Source: Nitrososphaeria archaeon
Lineage (GTDB): Archaea > Thermoproteota > Nitrososphaeria > Nitrososphaerales > JAAOZN01
Length of the DNA: 64,000 nucleotides
Reading direction: 5' to 3'
Assembly: GCA_029775855.1 (NCBI GenBank)
Contig: JARVJZ010000001.1
Span: 160,001 to 224,000, forward strand
The notes under the pieces were generated by a model that ran no database searches, was not told the DNA's origin, and saw only the letters and a program-made list of their open reading frames with translations. The first letter of the stretch is position 1. Each line of letters starts with the position of its first letter. This document shows positions 9,817 to 18,388 of this stretch, piece after piece. A program made the translations under genes and the position numbers.

Positions 9817-9910
9817 GCTCCGGTGGTGTAGCCCGGTCAAGCATAGCGGCCTTACCTGAAAACGGGGCTAGTCGAGTCGCTGACCGCGGGTTCAAATCCC
9901 GCCCGGAGCA
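9817..9910 (+). tRNA. tRNA-Glu(TTC) with an 18-nt non-canonical intron at 34/35 (9854-9871)
   Basis: GCTCCGG/CCGGAGC acceptor stem plus A, GGTTCAAATCC T-loop; removing ACCTGAAAACGGGGCTAG restores GCGGC-CTTTCGA-GTCGC; GGCC/GGCT central helix with TTA and AGT bulges. Confidence 0.88.
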
Positions 9911-9949
9911 TCCTTTTAACCTTGCATCTAGTTTAGTGGTGTAATCTTT

Positions 9950-9976
9950 ATAATCTACGACATTGTCGTAGATTAT
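9950..9976. promoter_or_regulatory. perfect 27-bp palindromic operator ATAATCTACGACA-T-TGTCGTAGATTAT of the dtxR-feoAB operon
   Basis: 13-bp perfect arms overlapping the TTTATAAT TATA-like box and the ATG at 9975. Confidence 0.8.
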
Positions 9977-10373
9977 GTTGGTGCATAAGGCGGTATCAGG
10001 TTTTTCACAAGGGCAAGAGGAGTTCCTTGAGTTAGTATATAGGCTGACCGCTTCGGGTAGAGCCGCTAAAACAAGTGTACTTGCCAATGAGCTAAAGACT
10101 ACTTTGGGCACTGTTACGAATCTTGTTGAGAGGCTTGAGAAGAAGGGGCTTGTGATCCATCAACCATACAAAGGTATCATTTTAACCTATAAGGGTAGGC
10201 GTGTTGCCTCTAATGTGGTTGAGAGGCATCGGCTTCTAGAGCTCTTCTTGATAAAGTTCCTTAAGATTCCTTCCAAGCGTGCGCATAAATATGCTTGTAA
10301 GATGGAGCACTCTGTTGACAAAGAAGTAGTTAGCGCTATCGCTAATCTTCTATCTAACAAAGGTGAGGCTTAA
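9975..10373 (+). CDS. DtxR/MntR family metal-dependent repressor (no C-terminal SH3 domain)
   Basis: EEFLELVY, wHTH, ERHRLLELFL, ACKMEH metal sites. Confidence 0.92.
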   Translation: MLVHKAVSGFSQGQEEFLELVYRLTASGRAAKTSVLANELKTTLGTVTNLVERLEKKGLVIHQPYKGIILTYKGRRVASNVVERHRLLELFLIKFLKIPSKRAHKYACKMEHSVDKEVVSAIANLLSNKGEA

Positions 10374-11019
10374 TCTAATGGTCTCTAGCAGCGAGGTCAA
10401 AGAAGTGCTTGAAATTATAACTTCAATAGATCCAGAGAGTAGAGGTGCTTCGCCACAAGATATAGCGACCAAATTAGGTTGGTCAATCGAAAAGACTCTG
10501 GAAAGGTTGAATGAGGGTTTAGCTAACGGTCTCCTCGAGCAACATAACTCCTTGTTCAAACTTACAGAAAAAGGCTTGGAAGAAATCTTAGCCCACAGAG
10601 CACAATATGTCCACGACAACCTAATACATAAAAGCAGATTGACCACTCTTATAGAGCGACTTAGAGGAAAATCCAGTAAAGACATGAAAGAGCACCTTCA
10701 AAGCACACATAGGTTAGACAGCGAAGCCTCTAACATCATCCAACATAACCTTCAAGCACTTAAAGGTCAAGTAGAGCAACTTACTCCCCTTACTGAGTTA
10801 AAACGCGGTGAAAGCGGAGAAGTCGTGTTCGTAGTCGCCGGTAGAGGGTTACTTGCTAGACTTGCCGCTATGGGTCTAACCCCCAAAGTAAAGGTTAAAG
10901 TTGTAAGGTCCGCCCCATTACATGGACCAATCGAAATCTCCCTTAGAGACATTTCGATAATATTAGGTTATGGTGTAGCCTCAAAGATCTATGTAAGGCG
11001 TATCTCAGATGTTAAGTAG
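10363..11019 (+). CDS. feoA: FeoA protein with N-terminal wHTH and His-rich region
   Basis: C-terminal PLTELKRGESGEV..RLAAMGLTP..APLHGPIEI..LGYGVASKIYV (FeoA); N-terminal DIATKLGWS..GLLE..LTEKG wHTH. Confidence 0.82.
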   Translation: MRLNLMVSSSEVKEVLEIITSIDPESRGASPQDIATKLGWSIEKTLERLNEGLANGLLEQHNSLFKLTEKGLEEILAHRAQYVHDNLIHKSRLTTLIERLRGKSSKDMKEHLQSTHRLDSEASNIIQHNLQALKGQVEQLTPLTELKRGESGEVVFVVAGRGLLARLAAMGLTPKVKVKVVRSAPLHGPIEISLRDISIILGYGVASKIYVRRISDVK

Positions 11020-12988
11020 CAAAGCTCAACAGAGGCATCTAACTATCGCACTTGTAGGAAACGCAAATGTAGGAAAATCAGCCATATTTAATCAGCTAAC
11101 CGGGTTAAATCAAGTTGTCTCAAACTGGCCAGGCAAGACTGTTGAAAGAGCTGAAGGTGTGCTTCACTTTCAGAATTACATAATCAAAGTAGTAGACTTA
11201 CCGGGCATCTACTCCCTCTCAACCTACTCAATAGAAGAGTTAGTGACTAGAGATTATTTAGTTGAGGAGAATCTAGATGTTGTAGTTAATGTTATTGACG
11301 CATCAGCTCTTGAGCGGAACCTCTATCTAACACTTCAGCTACTCGAATTAGGCCTACCCTTGGTTATAGCCTTGAACCAAGTTGATTTTGCTGCAAAAAA
11401 AGGTTTAAGACTTGATGTTCAAAAGCTCTCTGACCTTCTAGCTGTCCCAGTAGTGCCAACAATCGCTGTAACAGGCTCGGGTATAAATGAGCTGCTGGAA
11501 GTATCTGTTAAAGCCGCTAAAGAAGGCATGAACAAAGTATCTTCTGCAATAAAGTATGGTAAGGAAGTTGAAGAGCAGCTCAACAAACTATCTTCTGTGC
11601 TCAAAGAAAAAGCACCTAACTTAACTTCAAAGTATCCTGCACGATGGTTGGCAATAAAACTCTTGGAGAAGGATCCCGTGGTTATCGAGTTGGTGAAGCG
11701 AGAAAAGATGGGTCAACAGATTCAAGTATTGGCTGAAGCAATTATAGAGCATTTAGAGAAGATACACGGTGAAAGCTCAATCTTTGTAATCGCATCAGAA
11801 AGATACAGCGTGGCTAGTAAGATAGCTGGTGAAGTCGTTAAAGTAGCTTCTCCACCCAAGCTCTCTATTGAAGAAAAACTAAGTGATGTTACCGCACGCG
11901 GAATAATTGGTTACCTAATACTTGTAGCTATCTTCACTGGCACCTTCGCAACCATATTTTACATAGGCGGCTTCCTAGTAACCCAGCTAGAGTTCATTTT
12001 TGGTGAACTACTCTTACCGATGGTGAACAGTCTCCTAAGCTTCGCATCACCTATCTTGACCACTATCATCGTTGACGGTATTCTGGGCGGCGTAATCGCT
12101 GGGTTGACTGTAGTCTTACCATATATTGTTCCCTTTTATCTAATTTTAGCTATACTGCAAGATAGCGGCTACCTCCCGAGAGCTGCTTTTCTTATGGATA
12201 ACTTTATGCATAAGATAGGCTTACACGGCAAAGCCTTCATCCCTCTACTCTTAGGCTATGGATGTAGTGTCCCAGCGTGTATAAGCTGTAGGATAATGGA
12301 GACTGATAGGGAGCGTTTTCTAGCAGCATTTGTAACTGTGTTGATTCCCTGCGCAGCTAGGACTGTAATAATCTTAGGCTTAGTAGGAAGATACCTTGGC
12401 TTACCCGCAGCTATATCAATATATGTCTTTAACCTGATTATTGTTTTCTTACTCGGTAGAATAGCTCATCGAACCTTTCCGGGCGAATCTGTTGGGTTGG
12501 TTATGGAGATGCCACCATATAGGAAACCACTTCTTAAAGTTGTGTTAGCGCAGACTTGGTCTAGGACTAAGGACTTCATTCAGATAGCCTTTCCTATAAT
12601 AATAGGAGGCTCGATTTTGCTTCAGTCGATGAATATGTCTGGTCTGCTTCAGAAAGCTGAAGAAGTTCTCGAACCCTTTACAAATCTTTGGCTCGGTCTA
12701 CCCAATTTCAGCATCATCCCCCTTGTATTTGGTGTATTACGTAAAGAGCTTGCTCTGATATTATTAGGAGACGTCGCAGGCACCTTTGACTTCTCTTTAG
12801 TCTTATCGCCTGTGCAGATGGTTGTGTTTACGGTGGTCAGCCTAATCTATATACCATGTATATCTACTATCGCTGCTTTAATACACGAATTTGGTGTAAA
12901 AAGAACCTTGCTTATAGTCTTCTTAAATATCACACTAGCCTTCATTATAGGAGGAGTAACCTATAGAATTCTCACCCCTCTACTCTGA
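11009..12988 (+). CDS. feoB: ferrous iron transporter FeoB
   Basis: GNANVGKS, NWPGKTVE, DLPGIYSL, GYGCSVPA, gate/membrane domains. Confidence 0.97.
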   Translation: MLSSKAQQRHLTIALVGNANVGKSAIFNQLTGLNQVVSNWPGKTVERAEGVLHFQNYIIKVVDLPGIYSLSTYSIEELVTRDYLVEENLDVVVNVIDASALERNLYLTLQLLELGLPLVIALNQVDFAAKKGLRLDVQKLSDLLAVPVVPTIAVTGSGINELLEVSVKAAKEGMNKVSSAIKYGKEVEEQLNKLSSVLKEKAPNLTSKYPARWLAIKLLEKDPVVIELVKREKMGQQIQVLAEAIIEHLEKIHGESSIFVIASERYSVASKIAGEVVKVASPPKLSIEEKLSDVTARGIIGYLILVAIFTGTFATIFYIGGFLVTQLEFIFGELLLPMVNSLLSFASPILTTIIVDGILGGVIAGLTVVLPYIVPFYLILAILQDSGYLPRAAFLMDNFMHKIGLHGKAFIPLLLGYGCSVPACISCRIMETDRERFLAAFVTVLIPCAARTVIILGLVGRYLGLPAAISIYVFNLIIVFLLGRIAHRTFPGESVGLVMEMPPYRKPLLKVVLAQTWSRTKDFIQIAFPIIIGGSILLQSMNMSGLLQKAEEVLEPFTNLWLGLPNFSIIPLVFGVLRKELALILLGDVAGTFDFSLVLSPVQMVVFTVVSLIYIPCISTIAALIHEFGVKRTLLIVFLNITLAFIIGGVTYRILTPLL

Positions 12989-13026
12989 GATAAACTAAAA
13001 TCTAACCGTATAGTAAGAGATTTGAA

Positions 13027-14265
13027 TTGAATGCTAAAGAGGATATAGGCTTCCAAGAAGCCTACAACTTAACAGTAGTTAACGTTGAGCGTCTGGGCAA
13101 AGAGCTACTTTCCCTCAGCAAAGCCCTTGGAAGGGTATGCGCAGAAGACATATACGCTACCAGAAGCACGCCTTCAGCAGACGTCTCACTTAAGGACGGT
13201 TTCGCAGTCAGATCTATAGATGTAGAAGGCGCGAGCGCAACAAACCCCAAGCGGCTACGCATAATAGGTTCCTTGGCTGCAGGTGAGCAAAAGGTTCCCA
13301 CTTTAAAGGAAGGGTGTGCTATAAAGGTAACATCTGGTGCGCTTCTACCTAAGGGTGCTGAGGCTGTTGTATCAATCGAATTTACAGCTGAACACGGAGA
13401 TTACGTTGAAGTGTATGCCGACGCCGAGCCTGGTAGAAACGTATTAAAGAAGGGTTCAGACCTAGAGGCTGGTTCAAAGATCTTTAGTGAAGGAGAATTA
13501 CTCTACCCATCTGCAATAAGCCTAATAGCTGCAGGTGGAAAAAGTTCAATTTTAGTCTACCGCAGACCATCTGTTGAAATTATAGCAACGGGGAGTGAAG
13601 TGGTTGCTCTAGGAAAGAGGGTTGGGGTGGGCAAGATTGTTGCAACAAACCTTCTGAACATCTACAGCTGGCTAATATCCCTAGGGCTAAAGGTTAAGAG
13701 TTGTGTTGTTAAAGACGAAGTTAAAGCCATTAAGTCTGCACTTGGCCGAGCATTAACAAGGTCTGATGTTGTGTTGACAATCGGAGGTGCTTGGAAGAGT
13801 GAGAAAGACATCGTTGTTAAGATGCTAGATGAACTCGGCTGGAAAAAGATCTATCACAGAGTCAAGATGGGTCCGGGGAAGGCGATAGCCTTTGGACTGT
13901 TAGGTTCAAAAGTAGTATTTTGTTTGCCCGGAGGTCCACCTTCAAATGAAATGGCTTTTCTACAGCTTGTTTTGCCAGCTGTCCTCAAGATGTGCGGGTT
14001 AAAGAGGTCTGTAATTCCAGTCATTAAGGCTAAGCTGCTTCAAGAAGTTCATGGGCAGCTAGATTGGACTCAATTCGTCTATGGGATTCTTAAACAGAGT
14101 AGTGTGGGGTTAGTTGTTGAACCTTTAACCCTTAAGCGTAGGCTTCAAGATATGGCTGAAGCGAATTGCGTGTTTATGGTGCCAGAGGGTGTAGAGGTCT
14201 TGAGCGTTGGCTGCTCGGTCGATGTTCAACTTCTAAGACCACAAGCTTTAGCGCCTATGATATAG
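13027..14265 (+). CDS. moeA: molybdopterin molybdotransferase MoeA
   Basis: ALGRVCAED, SLKDGFAVR, ATGSEV, MGPGK, LPGGP. Confidence 0.93.
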   Translation: MNAKEDIGFQEAYNLTVVNVERLGKELLSLSKALGRVCAEDIYATRSTPSADVSLKDGFAVRSIDVEGASATNPKRLRIIGSLAAGEQKVPTLKEGCAIKVTSGALLPKGAEAVVSIEFTAEHGDYVEVYADAEPGRNVLKKGSDLEAGSKIFSEGELLYPSAISLIAAGGKSSILVYRRPSVEIIATGSEVVALGKRVGVGKIVATNLLNIYSWLISLGLKVKSCVVKDEVKAIKSALGRALTRSDVVLTIGGAWKSEKDIVVKMLDELGWKKIYHRVKMGPGKAIAFGLLGSKVVFCLPGGPPSNEMAFLQLVLPAVLKMCGLKRSVIPVIKAKLLQEVHGQLDWTQFVYGILKQSSVGLVVEPLTLKRRLQDMAEANCVFMVPEGVEVLSVGCSVDVQLLRPQALAPMI

Positions 14266-15109
14266 GTAGATGTATTAGGAAGTTGATTACTCCTAATACG
14301 AGGTAAATAGCTTCTTCAGTTCGTATCGTTGCTGTGCCTTGATTTGGCACAAAGTTCAAGATCAAGTTCGCTATGTTTTGTATAGTAGTTCCCTCATCTC
14401 TCAATATTTCTTGCAATCCTCTTTTCGGTGAACCGAATAGAATTAGACACTTTTCAGAAGAATGCAACATGTTTTGCAGCAGCCGCCAGTTTTCAGTAAT
14501 AGGCTGACCTAATCTAGATGTTGCTATTACAAGAATGGGTTTAAGGCTTCTGACTAACTTGCTTAGATCTTCTGTCTGTTTCACTGTAAAGCCCCAATAT
14601 CCTTTGATTCCGCTTCTGTCGATTATGCTGCAAGTCAATTCTGGTTCGACGGCTTCTATCTTCACAGCTACTCTACCTATGCCAACATTCTCTTTATGTA
14701 GTAGGTGTGCGGGCTTCGGTAGCCCAACGTCAACATAGTATGTTCCTGAGCGTCTGTAGCAGTATCCTTCTCTTATGTCTCCAGCCTTCACCTCGCTTAG
14801 ATCTGTTTTGACGAGGTGGCTAGGCGTGCGGAGTGGGGGCATTAGCCCCGCATATGCCAATTCGGGCATCTTTGGGAAGAGGTGTTTTCTTAGGTATTGT
14901 GGTGCTTCGACATATTGTAGTAGTATGCTGAGGAGCCTCTGATCTTCTCTCCTTCTCTCTCCTCTGTCGTGGTAAATGTATATCCTAGTTACTCGGTGTA
15001 TAGCACAAGCTCTTGCTATGTAGCCGGCTTTTTCAGTCTTCTCCTTAAGATCTACACACTCCATTAACGTTGAATCCGGTATTGCAACCCATAGTTCAGT
15101 GTTAGTCAT
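14255..15109 (-). CDS. SPOUT-class RNA methyltransferase (DUF171/MTH1 family)
   Basis: IARACAIHRV, PQYLRK, PLRTPSH, FGSPKRG, PNQGTATIRTEEA. Confidence 0.9.
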   Translation of the reverse strand: MTNTELWVAIPDSTLMECVDLKEKTEKAGYIARACAIHRVTRIYIYHDRGERRREDQRLLSILLQYVEAPQYLRKHLFPKMPELAYAGLMPPLRTPSHLVKTDLSEVKAGDIREGYCYRRSGTYYVDVGLPKPAHLLHKENVGIGRVAVKIEAVEPELTCSIIDRSGIKGYWGFTVKQTEDLSKLVRSLKPILVIATSRLGQPITENWRLLQNMLHSSEKCLILFGSPKRGLQEILRDEGTTIQNIANLILNFVPNQGTATIRTEEAIYLVLGVINFLIHLPIS

Positions 15110-15148
15110 CGCTGCATATCATCAGCTAAGCCTATAAATAGGCTAATA

Positions 15149-15556
15149 GTGTTGGCTTATTTAGATATGAGCACCATAGACGCCCAATCACCTGAAGATA
15201 AGGACCTCGAGCTTATTAGGGCTAGAAAGATGATGGAGTTGAGGAAGAAGCTGCTTAAGCAGAGTGAATCAGCGAAGAAACCTGACCCCAGAAGTATTTT
15301 GGTTTCAAGGCTCGTGGATAGGGGGTTAGATGTGCTTGAAACCGCTGAAAGAACGTACCCTGAGGAGACCAAGCTTGTTGTTAAGAAGTTAGCCGAGCTT
15401 ATAGAGCAAGGCTACATTAAGGGATATATTACTGGAGGAGAGCTACTGACTCTCTTTAGGGCTCTAGGCATGCCGATTCGCGTTGAAACGACTATATCTA
15501 TAGTGGAGGATGGGCGTCTAGTTCCGTTGGCGGATAAGCTGAGGGGTAAGGATTAA
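15149..15556 (+). CDS. PDCD5/DUF122-like double-stranded DNA-binding protein
   Basis: DLELIRARKMMELRK N-terminus, helical core; true start may be ATG 15167. Confidence 0.65.
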   Translation: MLAYLDMSTIDAQSPEDKDLELIRARKMMELRKKLLKQSESAKKPDPRSILVSRLVDRGLDVLETAERTYPEETKLVVKKLAELIEQGYIKGYITGGELLTLFRALGMPIRVETTISIVEDGRLVPLADKLRGKD

Positions 15557-17010
15557 CCCTTTACCACACCGAGAGGCACAAGTCTAGCAACCCTAGTCGC
15601 TATTCCAACTGCGTGTGAGACCTCCGCCACTTCATCGACATTCTTGTATGCGGCGGGAGCCTCTTCAGCCACACCTCTCCAGCTAGCAGCTTCTATCATT
15701 ACGCCTTTAGATTCAAGTTCTCTCTTTATCCTATCTGCAGTGTAAGCCTTAACAGCAGCCGCCCTAGAAAGCATTCTCCCAGCACCGTGCGCAGTGGAGC
15801 CGAAGCTAAGCTCCATAGCTTTGGCTGTGCCTTTAAGAACCCATGAGGATGTGCCCATCGAGCCGGGTATAAGTACTGGTTGACCTACTTCCCTATATTG
15901 TTGTGGTATCGCGTCGCTTCCGGCTGGGAAGGCTCTTGTGGCGCCTTTTCTATGGACAACCACCTTCTTCATCGAGCCATCTATATTGTGGTATTCGTAT
16001 TTAGCTATGTTGTGTGCTACATCGTAGACTAATTTCATCCCAAGGTCTTCTTCGCTCATCTTGAAAACTTTTCTAAACGCTTCTCTTACCCAATGTGTAA
16101 TCATCTGCCTATTTGACCAAGCGAAGTTAAGGGCAGATGCCATTGCCTTCATGTAATTTTCAGCCTCCTTAGAATACATTGGTGCGCACGCTAGTTCCCT
16201 ATCTGGTAGATTTATGCCATATTTTTTTGAAGCCGCTTCGATTATTCTAAGATAGTCGCTGCAGACTTGATGCCCCAAGCCCCTTGAACCCGTGTGCACC
16301 AAGACGACTACTTGTTTTTCTTCTGTTATTCCATATTTTGATGCGGCTTCTTTATCAAATATTTTGTCCACAAGCTGAACTTCAAGGAAGTGGTTTCCAG
16401 AACCTAGGCTTCCCAGTTGAGGCGCACCTCTACTCTTAGCTGTGTTTGAGACAACAGATGGATCTGCACCTTTCATCACACCTTGCTCTTCACACATCTC
16501 TTTGTCTTGACTCCACCCATAACCTTTTGAAATAGCCCAATTCACACCTTCACTTAACACATTATCTAATTCACTCGAGGAAAGTTTTATTATAGCTTGG
16601 CTTCCAAGCCCTGAAGGCACCATCCTGTATATAGTTTGAAGAAGCTCCTTCAAATGGGGTCTGACATCCTTCTCCGTAAGGTTCGTTCTAATCAATCTGA
16701 CACCACAGTTTATATCATAGCCCACCCCACCGGGTGAAACCACCCCTTTCTCAGCATCGCTCGCAGCAACCCCTCCTATTGGGAAGCCGTAGCCCTCATG
16801 CCCGTCTGGAAGCACTATTACGTGCTTGTATAGGTTGGGTAGGTGGGCTACATTAACAGCTTGATCTATGGTTCTATCTGTGAGCATCTTGGATAAGAGT
16901 TCGTCACTGGCGTATATCGTAACTGGAACCTTCATTTCCGGTTTGAAGCCTGCTTCGATTCGGTGCTCCACTGGGCTTATCCTTTTGATTGGAAACCTTT
17001 GTTGGCTCAT
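15553..17010 (-). CDS. rtcB: tRNA-splicing ligase RtcB
   Basis: PDGHEGYGFPIGG, GYDINCG, GSGNHFLE, HTGSRG, HRKGATR, PGSMG, HGAGR. Confidence 0.98.
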   Translation of the reverse strand: MSQQRFPIKRISPVEHRIEAGFKPEMKVPVTIYASDELLSKMLTDRTIDQAVNVAHLPNLYKHVIVLPDGHEGYGFPIGGVAASDAEKGVVSPGGVGYDINCGVRLIRTNLTEKDVRPHLKELLQTIYRMVPSGLGSQAIIKLSSSELDNVLSEGVNWAISKGYGWSQDKEMCEEQGVMKGADPSVVSNTAKSRGAPQLGSLGSGNHFLEVQLVDKIFDKEAASKYGITEEKQVVVLVHTGSRGLGHQVCSDYLRIIEAASKKYGINLPDRELACAPMYSKEAENYMKAMASALNFAWSNRQMITHWVREAFRKVFKMSEEDLGMKLVYDVAHNIAKYEYHNIDGSMKKVVVHRKGATRAFPAGSDAIPQQYREVGQPVLIPGSMGTSSWVLKGTAKAMELSFGSTAHGAGRMLSRAAAVKAYTADRIKRELESKGVMIEAASWRGVAEEAPAAYKNVDEVAEVSHAVGIATRVARLVPLGVVKG

Positions 17011-17056
17011 TTAATCCACCTGAATAGAATCTCCTACTCTATCCTATTCTTTTTTA

Positions 17057-18388
17057 TTACTTGCTTGTATTATAAGGGTTTCTAGTTTCTTCTATAATTA
17101 TCTTGTGTATGCCTGTGCTGTATTGTAGGGCTTTCTTCGGTGCGTCAACTATTTCTCTCGGTAGGTTAAGCATTTCAGCAGCCCGCCTTAAAACTATCTT
17201 TCTTCTGTTTGCATCCACCTTCAACTCAGGATGTATCTTAAGAGCATATTCAACTAATGGTTTAGATGCATAGGGTAGGCATAGGTCTACATATGGTGCT
17301 GAAGCATATTCATCCCTCTCTAACCCCCTTTGAGATGATAAAACATCTTCAACCATAAGCTTCTGTAGTTCCCCTACACCCTTCAACTTGTAAGCGTTTT
17401 GGTAGCGCATATACCCCCCAAAGAGTTCATCCGCTAGTTGCCCAAGCATAAGGCTCTCATAACCTTCTTCTCTAGCTCTGCTAGCCATAAGCTCCACTCC
17501 AACTGCTATGCTTAGGTTAAGTGGATTGAAGATGGTGTTTCTTAATCTGCTGCTAGCCTTTTTTACATCTTCGACTTGAATAATGTAGGCTTCAAAGTCT
17601 AGACCGAGTAACTCTGCCGCTCTACTGCTCCACTCTAAATCTCTAGAACCCTCTATGCCGATGCATAACATCTTAACATTTTTTTCACAAGATGCCAACT
17701 TGGCTAGAATCGCACTATCTAAACCGCCTGAAAACCCTAGAACTGTGCTTTCAGGCTTGCTTAATCTCGCCTTTAGTGAACGTTTAAGCAGCTTTAAAAC
17801 AGCTTCAGCAGCCGCATCAAGGTTGTCGATGGAAGGTTCGCCTCTTTCAACTTTGATTGGATAGTGTTGCTTCTCATCATAAGATAGGTAAAGAATAGAC
17901 GCCTTAGGTGCTTCTATTGCATCGAACCCTAATGCTTCTAACGCTGCTTTCTCGCTGGCTGCTGCGATATAGTCGGTTTTTTGCGTGTAGTAGAGTGGTT
18001 TTTGACCTAGGTGGTCTCTTATCAGCGTCACCTCATCTTTACCAACTATAATCATCGAGTAGGCTCCGTCGACAGAATTTAGCAGCTCAGCCGCTTCGTC
18101 AAAGCAACCATTCATAAGTAGAAGGTGTAGCCTTTCTAAGTCAAACTGCTCTGGCTCATAGATTTCGCCGTGCATAGGTAATGAGGGTAGCTCTCCTTCG
18201 AACCTTAGGCACACCCCTACCTTTGCTTGCTGGGAGCCTTCTCCCTCATCGCGGATACACGCATCACTACATTCTGAATATAGTGTATAGCCGTATGTTG
18301 CTCTTCGCCGCATCTGTTGAAGTATCTTCGTTAACTTGTCTTCTTCGCCTCTGCCTAAGTAGGCTGCTAACCCGCTTACTGGGTTCAT
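17057..18388 (-). CDS. asparagine synthetase B-like protein (N-terminal catalytic Cys absent)
   Basis: RDHLGQKPLYY, FSGGLDS, ADELFGGY, KKALQYSTG; N-terminus is VSGLAA rather than CGI. Confidence 0.8.
   Translation of the reverse strand: MNPVSGLAAYLGRGEEDKLTKILQQMRRRATYGYTLYSECSDACIRDEGEGSQQAKVGVCLRFEGELPSLPMHGEIYEPEQFDLERLHLLLMNGCFDEAAELLNSVDGAYSMIIVGKDEVTLIRDHLGQKPLYYTQKTDYIAAASEKAALEALGFDAIEAPKASILYLSYDEKQHYPIKVERGEPSIDNLDAAAEAVLKLLKRSLKARLSKPESTVLGFSGGLDSAILAKLASCEKNVKMLCIGIEGSRDLEWSSRAAELLGLDFEAYIIQVEDVKKASSRLRNTIFNPLNLSIAVGVELMASRAREEGYESLMLGQLADELFGGYMRYQNAYKLKGVGELQKLMVEDVLSSQRGLERDEYASAPYVDLCLPYASKPLVEYALKIHPELKVDANRRKIVLRRAAEMLNLPREIVDAPKKALQYSTGIHKIIIEETRNPYNTSK

Noticed and set aside
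9817-9910. Reading this tRNA as tRNA-Asp(GTC)
   Set aside because: BHB bulge geometry and Glu-type acceptor stem/discriminator favour TTC
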